DNA of 63,721 nt, counting the filler, from Choristocarpus tenellus KU-1152 (taxonomy: Eukaryota > Protista > Phaeophyceae): assembly GCA_964200185.2 (NCBI GenBank). It is 10 parts of 10 records of this genome, joined end to end, with 100 filler letters (N's around TTAATTAATTAA, not from the genome) between each part and the next. Parts side by side here need not be neighbours in the genome. Positions count along the whole stretch, not along the records: positions 1 to 3,391 come from CAXNAD020020350.1; positions 3,492 to 10,410 come from CAXNAD020007063.1; positions 10,511 to 17,556 come from CAXNAD020006793.1; 7 more parts are not named here. One strand, given 5' to 3'. The stretch's first letter is position 1. Each line of letters starts with the position of its first letter. This document shows positions 1 through 13,020 of the stretch, one piece after another. Position numbers and translations under genes: made by a program. The notes beneath the pieces are model-generated. The model was not told the origin of the DNA. It saw only the letters and a program-made list of their open reading frames with translations, and made no database searches.

Positions 1-201
1 ACCATGAGCCTACAGATACCGCAGCCCTAGTGAACAGTCGATTAACTGATTATGCCCTGTGCTCCCCTGCCATCGTACGCATCAGCTTAGGGTTAGGGCG
101 AGAGGAACGTAAGAGCTAATCAACCGAGGAGGGAAACCCACACAAATGTATATCAGCCAGTCGGGTGTATGTGCTCTACATCACAAAAACACATTCCATT
201 A
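1..201 (+). mobile_element. Fragment of a second copy of the Sola-like transposon (intron sequence)
   Basis: 1-201 aligns along its length with about 22863-23062, an intron of the transposase gene (shared CTTAGGGTTAGGGCGAGAGGAACGTAAGAGCTAATCAAC). Confidence 0.85.
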
Positions 202-461
202 AGTCAAAGTATGTTAGAGGGTACAGTCGCGTCCATTCGGGGGCCAAAATCCAATGTTGCAATTTTGATGTAATTTTGGCTATCATGTTTGTTAGGAAGT
301 GCCAATGTCCATGTTCCCGACACACCTTTTCATAACATACACATTTTACCTACTCCGAAACATTTTAGAGTAGGTAAAATGTCATTAGAAACCCTTGTGG
401 GAAGCCAAGCCCCAAATGGACAAACAGGGAAAAAATCGTACCCTCTAAGATACTTTCACTC
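201..461 (+). mobile_element. MITE family A (about 260 bp)
   Basis: TIRs AGTCAAAGTATGTTAGAGGGTA ... TACCCTCTAAGATACTTTCACTC; TTA on both flanks; interior matches the other A copies. Confidence 0.9.
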
Positions 462-1686
462 TTACTAGTTTATGTATGTTGGTCGTGCAGTTAGGATGAA
501 GAATGAGAGATACGCCATTGGTTGTTTCAGGCCTAGTTATTGGTTTGTTTGGTTGCATGAGTGGGATTTGGTCATCACATAAAGAGGGCTGCCGGTTAGG
601 GTGTGTTTTCCCAGTGTTAGCATGAGGAATTGAAAAAAAGACTATGGACTGTTGCGAGGTTAGTTCTTTCGTTTATTTGCTTGCATGAGTCGTGTCTCTT
701 ATGTACACAAAGAGGACTGTCAGTTAGGGCCTTTTCTCCTGGTGTGTGCACGAGGAACGAAAACATATAATATGTACTGTTTTAAATATAGTAGTTCGCT
801 TACTTGCTTGCATGTGTCGGATTTAGTATGTACACGAATGTCGTTGTCGCTCAGGGTGTTAGGGTTGAAGTTGTTGGTATGAATAAAAGAAGAAAGGGTC
901 AGTTTTGTTTCCAGGTTAGTGTACTGTATCTTTCCTGTAATGTGTGGACGGATTCTGGATGTGTACACGAACGGTTATTGGTCAAGGTCTATTGTCGTAC
1001 GTTTCTCTGAAAGCATTTCAAGATATGCTTCCAGAGGTTCTGGGTTGGTGTTGTGTTTAGGAGCATTGTGCGTGGACTTAGGTATATGATCCCCCAAGAT
1101 TCGAAGGAGGACGATATCGGCTCTAGTTTGTCGACACTTGGACTAAGCATGAGATGGTGCATAGAGTATTGAGAAGCAGGGGGGAGGTACGTAGTAGTGT
1201 TCAAGGAATAATTTGCGGCTTTCAAGAAGACACCGTATCCACCGCAGGCCTTGGCGAATTGATTGGAGACTTAGTTGAAAAGATGTTTTATATTTTAGTA
1301 GTCTAAACCTTGTATTGGACACGCTCTTTAAAACAAATAATAAATCAGGTCTAATCCTCTTGATGAGTATCATATAGGATACACTGACGCCTCTGACTGG
1401 TAGCAAAAAGTATCCGATACCACTGTTTAAATGCATAACCCATCGAGTGGAAAGTGCGTGAACATGGTAGTCGGACACCAAGGTAGGTAGGTACACTGAT
1501 GCATAAATCAGTGTACGCGTAACTTGATCCGTACTTCAACAACAAAAAGAAACGACTAAACCCCTATTTCAATTGTTGGGCGGACTCGAAATTGCGTTCC
1601 TCACTCTTCTCCCACCACTCCACAAGCTTAGGGTATGCCTCGACAAGAAGGTGCCATAGATTTAGGCATGTGGAGTACCTGTCGTT

Positions 1687-2770
1687 CTAAGGTTCGGGCT
1701 TCACGAGGCTCAAGAAGATAGCCTTCCTCGCCTGGAGTGCTTCCACATGGTCGGGACGCAACGTGTTGCCTGGCTTCCCTCCACGATCGCCGAGTTTAAC
1801 CTGTGTGAGCTCGTGGACGCAGCAGTCTTCCCCAAAAACAAGAGAAATGACCCCTTTAACGGCCTTGATGAGCCTGAACCCATGGTTGTGTACGGCGTGG
1901 GTGAGGATTTGAGTCTGCACTCGATACTGCGAAGAAGCAGGTTTCGTTGCCGATCGTAGGAGCTCGGTAACGCACGCCTCCATGAAGGCTTCGGTGATCC
2001 CCACATCGGAGAGTCAAAGTATCTTAGAGGGTAGAGCCGCGTCCGTTTGGAGGCCAAAATCCAATATTGCGATTTTGATGTAATTTTGGCTCTTCTGTTT
2101 GTTAGGAAGTGTCAATATCCTTGTTTCGGACACACCTTTTCCTAACGTATACATTTTACCTGTTCCAAACCATTTTGAAGTATGGAAAATGTAAAAAAAA
2201 CAGTGGGAAGCCAAGCCCCAAAAGGACAAACAGGGCAAAACTCATACCCTCTAAGATATTTTCACTCGGATGCATCGCCGGAGTCGGCCGCGTTCTGTGT
2301 TACGCAATCGTCATCACCATGCGAGGACCTTTCGTCGTCATCGTCGTACCTCGAGGTAGATGAACACGTATTTTCCTCCGCTATCTGCCTTTTTTGGCAG
2401 AAAGCAAAGACGTCTGCAAAGAAGCCAGGTTCTAAAGTGCTGCCATCAGGACCACAAGGCTGTTTGAAGGGTCTCATCTGTCCAGCACCTTCTCTCAACC
2501 TCTTCTTCCTAATTATCGTCCTTTTCCCCTTTCCTTTACCTTTCTCGGAAGGCTTATCCCTCGGTGTTGGGGTTGGATCGGCATGGGCGTAGTTCTCACT
2601 TCGCCCCACAGTATCGTCGTAGGTGTTCCCTCGCACCTTGGACTCATCGCCACCGCTGCCCACTGAATAGGCGTTTGGGGACATTCCGGGGTCACTCCTG
2701 ACAGGCGCGGACTCTGAGCCCATGCCTAGTCGCCCCCCCACGTCCTTCTGTACAAATTCCTCTGGACCTG
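1687..2770 (-). pseudogene. Unknown ORF interrupted by a MITE
   Basis: Track ORFs 2262-2972 and 1687-2004 join in frame (SGDAS-DVGITEAF) when MITE 2011-2267 and one TSD copy are removed; CpG-rich; no recognisable motif. Confidence 0.55.
2011..2267 (+). mobile_element. MITE family A
   Basis: GAGTCAAAGTATCTTAGAGGGTA ... TACCCTCTAAGATATTTTCACTC; GGA duplicated at 2008-2010 and 2268-2270. Confidence 0.95.
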
Positions 2771-3391
2771 ACAAAGTGTTACAATCAGGTTGGTCTTTGT
2801 CAAGATTATGCTTGACCATTTGTGAGAATATGATTTGAAGCATTATTTTATGTATGCACAGAAGATAATGCGGAACATTTGGGATATTTAGGCGGGGTAT
2901 TTGACCAGAAGTAATCGGCGGACTATTAGAGACGGAGTGTTTCTGATGTGTACTAGAGATACGTTGAGTCATTTGGTATTCTGAGTCATTAAGTTTAAGA
3001 ACTGGTGAGCCCCACCTAGTGAAGGTATCTCACTCTCTTCTCAACTGTGGTACAAGCTAATAAACAATAATATAACTAGTTGTGTGGGACAACAGATCGT
3101 CCAGGACAACTTAACATGCTATAGCACCCTATTAAGCGTGCTTGCGTAGTTATTTTACTTGGACTTTAGCTATCACCAGGAAGGAGTCAAGATAAATCAT
3201 GATGCCCAGATCAAGAATCGATCTAAGTCTTAACTCCATAGATGACTAAATGGATGAAATGACTATGACCCGGGAGGGGGATGTGATACATGATGGGACA
3301 TCAGCTTCGCAAGGGGGTGAGGCTAGGGCTGGGGCAAATGATACGGTGGCCATGGGGGCTAGACCCGTATTCGCCCCGAAATTGAAACAGT

Positions 3392-3491
3392 NNNNNNNNN
3401 NNNNNNNNNNNNNNNNNNNNNNNNNNNNNNNNNNNTTAATTAATTAANNNNNNNNNNNNNNNNNNNNNNNNNNNNNNNNNNNNNNNNNNNN
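3392..3491. other. Artificial contig linker N44-TTAATTAATTAA-N44
   Basis: The same 100-nt spacer recurs at 10411, 17557, 21531, 25598, 29939, 46544, 49808 and 60254; TTAATTAATTAA gives stops in all six frames. Confidence 0.98.
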
Positions 3492-3557
3492 AAATCGCGA
3501 CATGAAAAAATTGACCCCAAATGGACAGCCGCCACCCCCTCACAGATACTTTGAGCC
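3492..3557 (+). mobile_element. MITE family B, right end
   Basis: AAATCGCGACATGAAAAAATTGACCCCAAATGGACAGCCGCC...AGATACTTTGAGCC, as in complete B copies. Confidence 0.9.
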
Positions 3558-5372
3558 AATTGTATATTTCAACACTCCCCAGCCAAATAGTCACTACGAA
3601 AATGTTTGCATTTCTATTTAGTTACATCTACCTGACTTTTATACCTACCCGATGTGATTTTTCGGCAGTTACACCAACAAGAAAGAACCTTGAAGCACTC
3701 CGTTCATTCCATCCATATATCCTTAGGCGCCACAGTTCTCCTGCAAGAGAAAAAATGTCAAGAGTTTGAGGAAACGCTGGAAAATCAGTTCAGTGGTCCA
3801 ACGTTTTTGAGTATTATATCGTATCAGTATCATTTTTTTACCATATAATATTAAATATCAACTACCTCTAGAATATTTTTCAGACCCATCATCACTATGT
3901 GTGAGTAGCTTATATATATCATGTGGGTTCTTCGTCTCCATGGGATCACAAGATCAGACACTAACACAAAACCAACAGACTAACAAGAACCTCTTCTATT
4001 TCGAAGTTGTTGTACCTGACTGAGTCAGACCAAAGCGATTGGGTGGGATTTACCCTTTTTTGCTGCAGAAGCAACATGTATGGAGTTAGGAGGTGAGGAA
4101 GGCTGAAGTTATTGAAGGATTGTTGGTGTAGTTCAAATATGTTTATCAATCTCATTTGTTCCTACCGATTTCTAGATATGGTATGTTCATGAAATCATTT
4201 GATGTAGATACTCCATTTGGTTTCTATCCAACCACCACTTTTCCTCATCCCATCTCTGCGTTTAATGTTTACACTTTGTTGAAATCGAAGTTAGATTTTG
4301 GGGGTGTGACCTATAGTGTCATTGACGACAATGGTGAGTCCACCTCCACACATCCACAGACTACACCAGTAGTAGTCCAGACGCAGATGATGTAATTGAC
4401 ATCCACGTAGCCTGGATTTGTCTCCTGGCTAGCTCAATCTCTACGGTCAATTTTGTTAAAACTAAGAGGAGTGAAGAGTGAAGAAACAATGCTACTGGTA
4501 CGTGCTGCGTATGCCACAGTACTACTCATACTACTGTACAAAATGCTGCTCTCACATACTTCTAGTAACACTCTAGACACACTTACCATGACAATTAAAA
4601 ATTATTTATTCGTACATGTTGTAACGATGTTACTACTACATAGTTTGTATACTTCATGATCCGGAATACATACATATGCCCACATACCTAGAGCTCTATA
4701 CTGTGAGTTTATATTTTTGTAAGGCGAATAAAAACACAGCAATACTGCTAGTATTATAGTGTTGTTTCAAATGAATGGTGATATATGTGTTAATGGATTT
4801 ATTTTGGCAGGATACATTGAGACGCTAAGTCTACCGTCCATTTTGAAGAGGAATGGATGGGTGGATTGATGGCAAGGTTGGTGACAACTGGACAAAGTAT
4901 GAGGGGCTTTACAATACATAAAATTGTTCTTGACAAAGGCAATTACTTTTGGTTGGGGTGATGGGGTCCCATCCAGAGAATATATGGACGCCACACCTCC
5001 AAGTTCCTTCGAAGGGGGGGGGGAGGGCATGCAATTCGTTCAGCTTGCCATATGGAATACCAACGTTGAATATGTATTTCTGTGAAAAGAGCTGAAGAGC
5101 TGAAGGGGTTCAAACATGCTAATATAATGTGGGTAGCTGTGGCCTTAATTTACCTCTGAGTCACAAGAACGTTCTGTCTCTATTATACTCTGATTCTTTG
5201 TGTGCATAACCTTTCGGAGTCCCAGAGGCAAGGAGAATTCATGTTTTCTTTTGCATATATGGAGTGAAGAAATTGTGTCTTCTGTCTTCTAGGCTCTGCC
5301 TATTGGTCTAGTGCTTGTGACCCCACAGCCATGTTTTCTGTACCTTATTTAATTTTTTTCCCAATACTTCGA

Positions 5373-5393
5373 TGTGTGTGTGTGTGTGTGTGT
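5373..5393. repeat. (TG)n microsatellite
   Basis: About 10 TG units. Confidence 0.9.
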
Positions 5394-7037
5394 TTTGTCA
5401 AACGTTAAAATGTTAAAATGTTAAAATGATGAATATACTCTGCTTTTGCATTGCACAACAAGTGTCCTCTGCATGTCTATTCCCTTCTTTGCCTCCAGCA
5501 ATCACTAACCACATACAACCCTCATGAACATCCTTCACATTTCTCCATCCTCCAATCCACAAGCCAATATCCCCATCTAGAAGCTCTTTTCCTCTACAGC
5601 CACACCTTCCTAATATGGGTTTACTGCATGTGATGCGCCGGCATGGGTGCTAAGTAGGAGAACGTTTGAAAGGCCTTGAAATTTACCAGGGCCCAAACAA
5701 ATCTCCCTCTTGAATGGTATGACTCAAATCGGCAATACAGCTCCACACACGTCAAGATCTGACCAATTCAAACACAGGTTGTCATGTGAAGTTTATTCCT
5801 CCTAACAGAATCTGTCATAACACCTGGCTCAGAGGTTGGACAAGAACCTGGCCGAGGATAGGTTGGGCTGGACGTAGGGCGGTAGGGTTGCAGTTACCAT
5901 GTACTTTGGGTTGTCAAGAGATTGCCATTCCCTGGTTTTTACTTGTACCTAGACTTCATGAGGTGCAATACCCATCCTTGCATTTGCTTGTTTCATGCGA
6001 CTGCTCCTGTATTTCCCTCCTTTCCATGCTGTTGGAGATAATTACTTAGTGATCAAGTAGTTATCACCAAGATAGTCAACCATTGCAATGTGAATTGTTG
6101 GATCCATCATCACATGCCCCATCGTTGTGAGCTGACTGACTGCTGGTGAAGATCACCTGGGGATCTGAAATAGGTGGCATTTTGGAAATCAGTTCTTTCT
6201 TTGCAGACACACCACCTCTTCTTCTGATCAGACAAAAAAATAATGGCTCGAGCTTCCAAGCAGTTGATTGTAATGCTGCATTCCTCACTGTACTGCCATA
6301 CAGCACGTCAGTGCTCCTTTGGAGGATGCTTTTCGCATTCTTGACCCTGACCATGTCTTCTTCGCTTATCCGTTCTGACTTTTAAACCAATTCGTTACGT
6401 ACAAGGATAGATTCTCACCTCACCTCCAGCGTCCAATTTCCTTTTGCCCCAGAAATGATTTGTGATGGTGGCTACTAACATAAATTGGTCGTCAAGGGTA
6501 CCGAGTGTAAACCAAGGCAAAATATCCCGATAGACACTTGCCTGCCCCATGGGTGGCACAGTTTGCACGTAAGGGGAAGTGCCACTAAAAGATGGTTGTG
6601 GGTGTATATTATTTTACTTTTTACACTTCTTATCGATCTGAGACGTCCCAAACCGGTTATTGAAAGAAAAATATCATTGTGGAGAATTGAAGAGATCGGG
6701 CTGGTCGCCGTCAATCGATGTAGGACTCGAGGATGACTCGGTAACTACCTCCATACTACCTACCCAGCCTGCCACAACAAATTCCATGTGTTTTTTTTTT
6801 TCATTTATTTACAAGAGCAAGTGTACACAAAATTCTCAAACATCCTCCGTTCCATTTTCAAACGGTGTTTCTAGAGTGATTTATGTATAGAGATCCATCC
6901 ACCTCACTTTAAAAAAAATTAAATTCCTACTAGAGGAAAAAAAAATAAAGAAACGGAAAAATGACTGAAACTGTATGCTACTTGATTGCTTCAAGCAAAG
7001 TCGGGGCATACTGTTGGTACATTGACAGACACACCCG

Positions 7038-7236
7038 ATGGGGCTCAAGCATATGAGGGAGCCGTCCTCGGCAAGCGCGATTACAGATGCGGGTTCGACT
7101 TCCTCTTCCTCCTCTGGTTCGGAATCAGACTCAGAATCAGACTCGGACTCAGTTTCAGGTTCAGGGTCCGGCTCAGGCGCGCGACGCGCAGGGTTAGGTT
7201 CAGGCACAGACACAGGCACAGGCTCAGACAATGACA

Positions 7237-7269
<33 letters not shown>

Positions 7270-9815
7270 ACTCAGACTCAGACTCAGACTCAGGCTCAGA
7301 CTCAGACTCAGAGGAAGCACTAGGGGATCAAAGTGATCCTGAACCTGAGTTCGAACTGGGCTTCTGGCAATCAATTAAAGCAATTCTTCCATGGACTGAA
7401 GAAGGGCGTAAGGTGTGTCGACAAGGCACTTCGCATTGTTTCCCTTGGTGGTTAAGACATCACCTGTTGATGGTCATAGGAAAGTCAAGAAAACATGTTG
7501 TTTGGTTGGTCCCTTAGTGATGCTTGTTGTGGTGTCGGTGATTCAACAAGAAAAAAGAAATTCCTGATTGCTCCGCATATTTCATCCGTGGGATCATTAT
7601 GGTCCCTTTTTGAGTCAAACTAATTAAGAGGCAGGCAAGGTTGCATTTAACGATCCCTGTAAATTGCCAAAATACACCATTTTATACAATCGCAGAAGAA
7701 GCTTTGCTGAATGGTGGTTTCACTTTGTGTGTGGAAAGGGGGAAGATCAATTTACGTACACTATTGTGCACGTAAAGCAACGAACTTAGGGAGTATAGCA
7801 CACAGGGCAGAAAATATGACGTAGAAAGCAAAAGGGTCCAAACATGCCCATCTCTCAAATACTTTGACTGTTGATGCACCTCTTGATGGCAACAAGCAGA
7901 GGTATATGTGGTATCAACAAGTTCAATCATATATGCCTCTTCACGGATTTATTTGTGTACAAAAAAGAGATTTGCCGAGAAATGTGTACAAAAAAAATGG
8001 TTAGGTCCAACTATGTGCTCTTCAAGCGGATGACAATAGTAAAATTACACTAATCCCATTAGCTTTGTGCCATGGCTTGTTTGATAGTGAAATATTGTTG
8101 TGTGTATGTTACAGCAGGCACTGAAAGGGAGGATTGCTATTGGCAGTATCCCGACAGAACCTTATGATAGCAATACTCACCCATTTGCAGAGAGTTATCC
8201 TTTCCTTCCACTTCAACTACGAGTTGATAGAAACTTGTCCTAAATGCTGTTCCTTCTATTGCTGATATTGTTGAGAAGAGTTTGAGTAGGAAAACTGCAC
8301 CTGTAGTGTACTCCTGAGCTTGCCTTTCCTCTCACACACACATCCTCACCCCTAGTGACATCTCTGGTACCTCACCATCTTAATTAGTGAACGATCTACT
8401 CACGGTTCAGTCATTTAATCAAAAACCTCGATTGAAACAACATATTCCCCCCTGGAACGTCACCACAGCCTGAAATACAAAAGAGGTTGGGGTGGGGAAG
8501 ACGGCCAAATGACTGCTCAACAGAATGTGCAGAAGCATCTTTGGCTAATAACTACGCTAAATTACCAATTGTTTGCCCTTGGGCAGGCAGACTATGCTGA
8601 GGAAAGATTAGATGCGCAGGATGAGTTCCAACATGAATTGGATGAGGCAATGGCCATCCGCAAGATGGTGGGGATGGGAATGCACGACCGTGCCTTGGCC
8701 CGCCTCATGGAAAGCACAGAGGTATGTAAGGAGATACATCCCACCGTCTTGAACTCTAGGGATGTTGCCCTGCTGTTTTACCTTTGTATCCTGACAAGAA
8801 ATGAACGTGTTTGTATATTCCTGGGTTCAAGAGATACAATCAAATTATGCTCCTTGTCACACGTGGAAATACGGTGATATCAAAATGCCAGGATCACTTC
8901 AATGAAATAGGTTCCACAGGAATTCGATTTTGCTTGGGATACGGAGAGGTCAAAGCACCGCATGCTTCGATTGCGTGCATTTCCTCATAGGAAAGGGATA
9001 TCATACCACAGTCATGTTTCCTATCCTGAAGAGAGGGGGGAGCTGAAGAGTAGTGCAGATGTTTGCTTCTTGCAGTTTCGAGGCTTAGAACAGACCCTAT
9101 GTATTCTGTTTCAGGTAGTAGTACGAACAGTACTATATACTATGAATTTGAGGGGTTCCAGGTGCACTCAGTTGGCTTGTCAGACAACAGGTAAACCATG
9201 CATACATCGTGAGAAAGGTCTTACAGAACTGTCAGGCCCAATCCTTTGCCTTGGTTGCAGTCCTCTCACCCTCGATGCAATCTGCCAGCAGCACTAAGAA
9301 AATGATCAGAGAGGGTCAGAGTAAGCGAGAAGTATTCAGAGTTGGAATTTAGGGATGCTGGCAACTTTGTACAAAAGTTTACAAGTGCATGCACGATATT
9401 TTCTGAGTTGTATGGAGAGCAGTGAAGAAATGAACCCTCTTGAGTCCAACTTAGCACTTTATCCATAGAAGTATGTGGGTGAATTTGGAAAAGTTTGGAG
9501 AACTGGACTTGAATACAAAAACGACCAAAACCTGGGTGGACATATCTTGTTTTCTTCGGCTCTGTACTCAGAGTAGATAATCCCTGTGCTCCAGAGGTTG
9601 AGCACTCATATAGGCTCTGTGATTTTCAATACTGCACAGGGGCAAATGTACCATGATTTCCACAAGCATCGATACAAGCTGGAGCAGGCAGGGGAGTGGC
9701 AATATATCACTCCTTCAATGCGGCGGAAGTGGAGAGTGGCAAAAAAAGTGACCAAGGCGGTGCTAGAGCTTCGGAAGTATGTCGCCATGCGACGAGATCG
9801 ATTCTTGAGAATCAG
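7038..9815 (+). CDS. Partial spliced gene, unknown protein with Ser/Asp/Gly low-complexity region; exons about 7038-7407, 8591-8721, 9640-9815
   Basis: Phase-compatible GT-AG junctions give ...LPWTEEG-HYAEERLDAQDEF...LMESTE-GQMYHDFHKHRY...RFLRIR; contig ends soon after. Confidence 0.5.
7117..7310 (+). repeat. Hexamer repeat TCAGAC/TCAGGC
   Basis: Tandem hexamers encoding SD/SG on + (SE/PE on -). Confidence 0.9.
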
Positions 9816-10319
9816 GTGAGTTTGCTTCACTTGGTCTACCTGGAGATTTCCTACTCTTTTTGTACTGCGCCTCCGACTTGGTATGGTACCACGAACTCAA
9901 TCAGCGTGTCGTGGACAGGGGGGGTGGGTCCTGTGCTAGCAGCGATGTGTAAACTAGGGAAATCTTGATGTTTACTCGGTAAGAATGTTCAAGGAGAGGG
10001 CAATGGACACTTGGGACCATTCTAATGTGAAAGGGCAATGTATTCCACCCCCTTCACTAAGTGTCCCCCAAGCAACGTTCGTCTTGAAGAGTAGCGTTTT
10101 CCATCAGACCGGCAAGCAATGCCTCCGATTGGTCAGCATCATCCCCCTTGTTTGCTCTTTAAGGAGCATGAGCTGTTTCACATGTTGTCAATGAGAGAGA
10201 AGTTGCGACAAAGGCCAAGAATATACATCCTGCCGTGGATTGAGGGATACACATGTGGGGCGAGGAGTATATAAGTTGATCTAAGGAAGGTGTGCTTGTG
10301 CCAGGGGGCTATTGTGAGG

Positions 10320-10410
10320 GGGTCAAAGTATCTGGGGGGGGGGGGGGGGGGCGGTGTCCGGGCTTGCCCCTGCCTCAAAAAATCGGGGGGGGGGGGGGGC
10401 GGGCCTGTGG
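10320..10410 (+). mobile_element. MITE end of the B/C type at a contig break
   Basis: GGGTCAAAGTATCT followed by poly-G, then a second degenerate copy of the end. Confidence 0.7.
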
Positions 10411-10805
10411 NNNNNNNNNNNNNNNNNNNNNNNNNNNNNNNNNNNNNNNNNNNNTTAATTAATTAANNNNNNNNNNNNNNNNNNNNNNNNNNNNNNNNNN
10501 NNNNNNNNNNAGGGGTAGTAGGGGATGGTACGAGCAATCAATTGTGCCTCTGGCCCATCAGAGGTGTAGGTAACACGCTGTCCGCCATCTTCTTCCATAT
10601 TGTGGATTTGCTTTGGATAATACAATGGTTGCGTGCAGTGTCGTCGTCTCCAAGTACGAAACCTCGCTGTTGGTGAAGTAAGGTGTCAGTGAATATTGTG
10701 CTTGTAGTGAGTTGAAGAACCAAACCCTTCGAGGCGGTTTATCGCTGTGAATCGTCCTAAAATGAATAACAATACCACATTGCCAACCGAAACGAAGACG
10801 TTAAT

Positions 10806-12790
10806 ATGGAGAACGAGCAGAAAGAGCCTGCTCCTCTCAACTGGCAGAAAGATATTTTACCTGAACAACTCGTGGATGCCCAGGGAAAAAGCCAGGTGAT
10901 CCCATCTTCACGATACAAAAGTTCTGTTGCGAACGACATTTTGACTCCTCTCACATTGTCATTTTGTCGAGGCTGCTCTGAGTGGCGATCAACCTCCGCC
11001 ATGCCCAACCAGGCAAACCATTCCCCGTGATATCTAATTAGGTCACTCATGAAGCTTTAAAAGGGAAGCGTTTGTTGGGCCTATACTTCTCAGCTCGATG
11101 GTGTGCTCCCTGCCGCAATTTCACCCCAGTCCTCGCCAGCTTCTATGCTTCCTGTCTGAAGAAGGCAGATGATAGCATCCAGGTATCAATGTTGTGCTGG
11201 GGTAAGCTAATCTACTGCTATTGCAGAAATAACAGATATGGAGAGAGTGAACTGCAGAAATGTCATAGTTCGGCAGGAGGCATGAAAGTGGTTGTTAGGA
11301 TTCAAAATGGACCATTTGTTTTGCCTTGACCAGATTGCGTGCTTTAGGGGTACACTGCGGACTAGAGACTGCAGTGATAAACGATTATTGACCGCAGTAT
11401 GTTTCACTGGAAGACAAAAATTGTAAACTTGGCATGCTTTGATGAGCTGCGATGTAGATGATGCGAGTTTAGTTTGACAACAATACTCCCTCTTTAACTC
11501 CCCAGATCGTCTTCGTGAGTAGCGATCAGAATGAGGAAGTCTTCAAAGAATACCTGGGGAAAATGCCATGGTAAGATTGTGCTTGTGACAGAGCTATCTT
11601 TACCCTATTGGGAATTGCAACTTATGTTTGAGTTTTTACCACTTATGTTTTGACCATGCTCCAACTCTGAGGTTATCCTAAGTAGCTAAAGACTAGGTAG
11701 TGCTTAGTGTCTTTTTCTTGTGCCCTTCAGGCCCTGGTCTTGGTCGTCTTGTTATCGATTTTTCCATTTAGGTATGGCTTGATGCTCCGCAACATCTCAA
11801 GGAAATAACGGAAGAATGCCCTTACATGGCAGGCTTGCTGTACCCTTTGAGGAGCAAACCGCTCGGGCTAAGCTCTCAGAGCTTTGTAAAGTGCAGGGTA
11901 TACCAACACTGGTTGTGATGGATGGGGAAACAGGGGCAATTAAATCTTTCACTGGACGGCAAGATGTGGTGGCTGACACAGATGCAGTTAGAGTGCTCAA
12001 CAAGTGGTAAGTTGATTTTCTGTCAAGATTCTTGTCGTTGGTCTTGAACGTTAGATCTTTGTTATATGTCAAAGTAGATTAGTACCTTGCATAACGTAGA
12101 GTCCGAAATTTTCTTTACATCCATGTTGCATTGAGAGTGCTTCTGAATAACCTAGATTGATATCTTTGGGGATGCCAAATATCAATCCAGTTGCTACCCT
12201 GTGTAGATACCATGATTGGGTTAGTGCACTGCAGTGCATTTTGGGCATCGTGGGGTGCTTTAGATACAACGCTCATCGACATTTAATATAAAGTGTACCT
12301 GAGGTCCACTGAAAGAGAGATAGAAAGACTTCAGAGTGAGCCCCAAGTTTCATTAACCTTTGTAGTGGGCTATACAAAGGAATCAATACTCTTTAATGGA
12401 ACCAAGGCAACAGCAGGTTACCCGACAAGAGCAGAATAGGTAACTGATTGCTGCCTGGTCTCACCAGCACTCGTTCTGCTGATTCTCCCAACTTGTACAA
12501 GAGATCCCAAGTGGCACGCTATCAATAACCAAAAGCTCAAAACATTTTTTCTACCTTGACCTTGGAATGACCTTTCTGACCTCATTTACCCGACTTCCCC
12601 CGCATGATATTTTTGTTTTTTGATAAGGCATATTGCAGAAAAGCCTGCACTCCCCAATGATGCCCAGAGGACTGTGAAGCGTATGCAGTCTGCTTTCTAC
12701 ATGGTCATGGCCTGTTGGATGGCATACAAGGGGAATATTCCCCTTGCTGCGATGATGATTTTCATGAGTGTGATGAACATCAGGCGATGA
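10806..12790 (+). CDS. Nucleoredoxin/tryparedoxin-like thioredoxin (WCAPC) with C-terminal hydrophobic tail; exons 10806-10895, 11042-11182, 11506-11570, 11833-12006, 12628-12790
   Basis: Spliced translation has [53 protein letters not shown] and VQGIPTLVVMD, the tryparedoxin/nucleoredoxin signatures. All junctions are GT-AG and in phase. The last exon is less certain (AAG acceptor). Confidence 0.9.
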
Positions 12791-12996
12791 TATCCATCAG
12801 ACCACTGGATTTTATGTTTGTGTACTTGTTCTGGTAGTTACTTTATACTGAAGACCGTACTACTTGATTGTCCCTTGTGTCATAGCAGAGGAAGAGGGAG
12901 AAAGGAAATGCTCACTTGTTCAGGGTATACCTTTTTTCCCCTCATGTTTTTATGGTCTTGTTCTGGATGCAGGTTGGCTGCGAGAGTGGACCATGA

Positions 12997-13020
12997 TAAC
13001 CCTAACCCTAACCCTAACCC
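12997..13020 (-). repeat. Interstitial telomere-type repeat (TTAGGG)4
   Basis: (TAACCC)x4 downstream of the thioredoxin stop. Confidence 0.85.

Noticed and set aside
1143-1496. RIRPDLLFVLKSVS as copia RT or RLE endonuclease motif
   Set aside because: One short motif without the flanking conserved blocks.
3436-3447. Recurrent palindrome TTAATTAATTAA and ORFs ending in X...LIN
   Set aside because: Artificial contig linker inside N runs; ORFs crossing it are artefacts.
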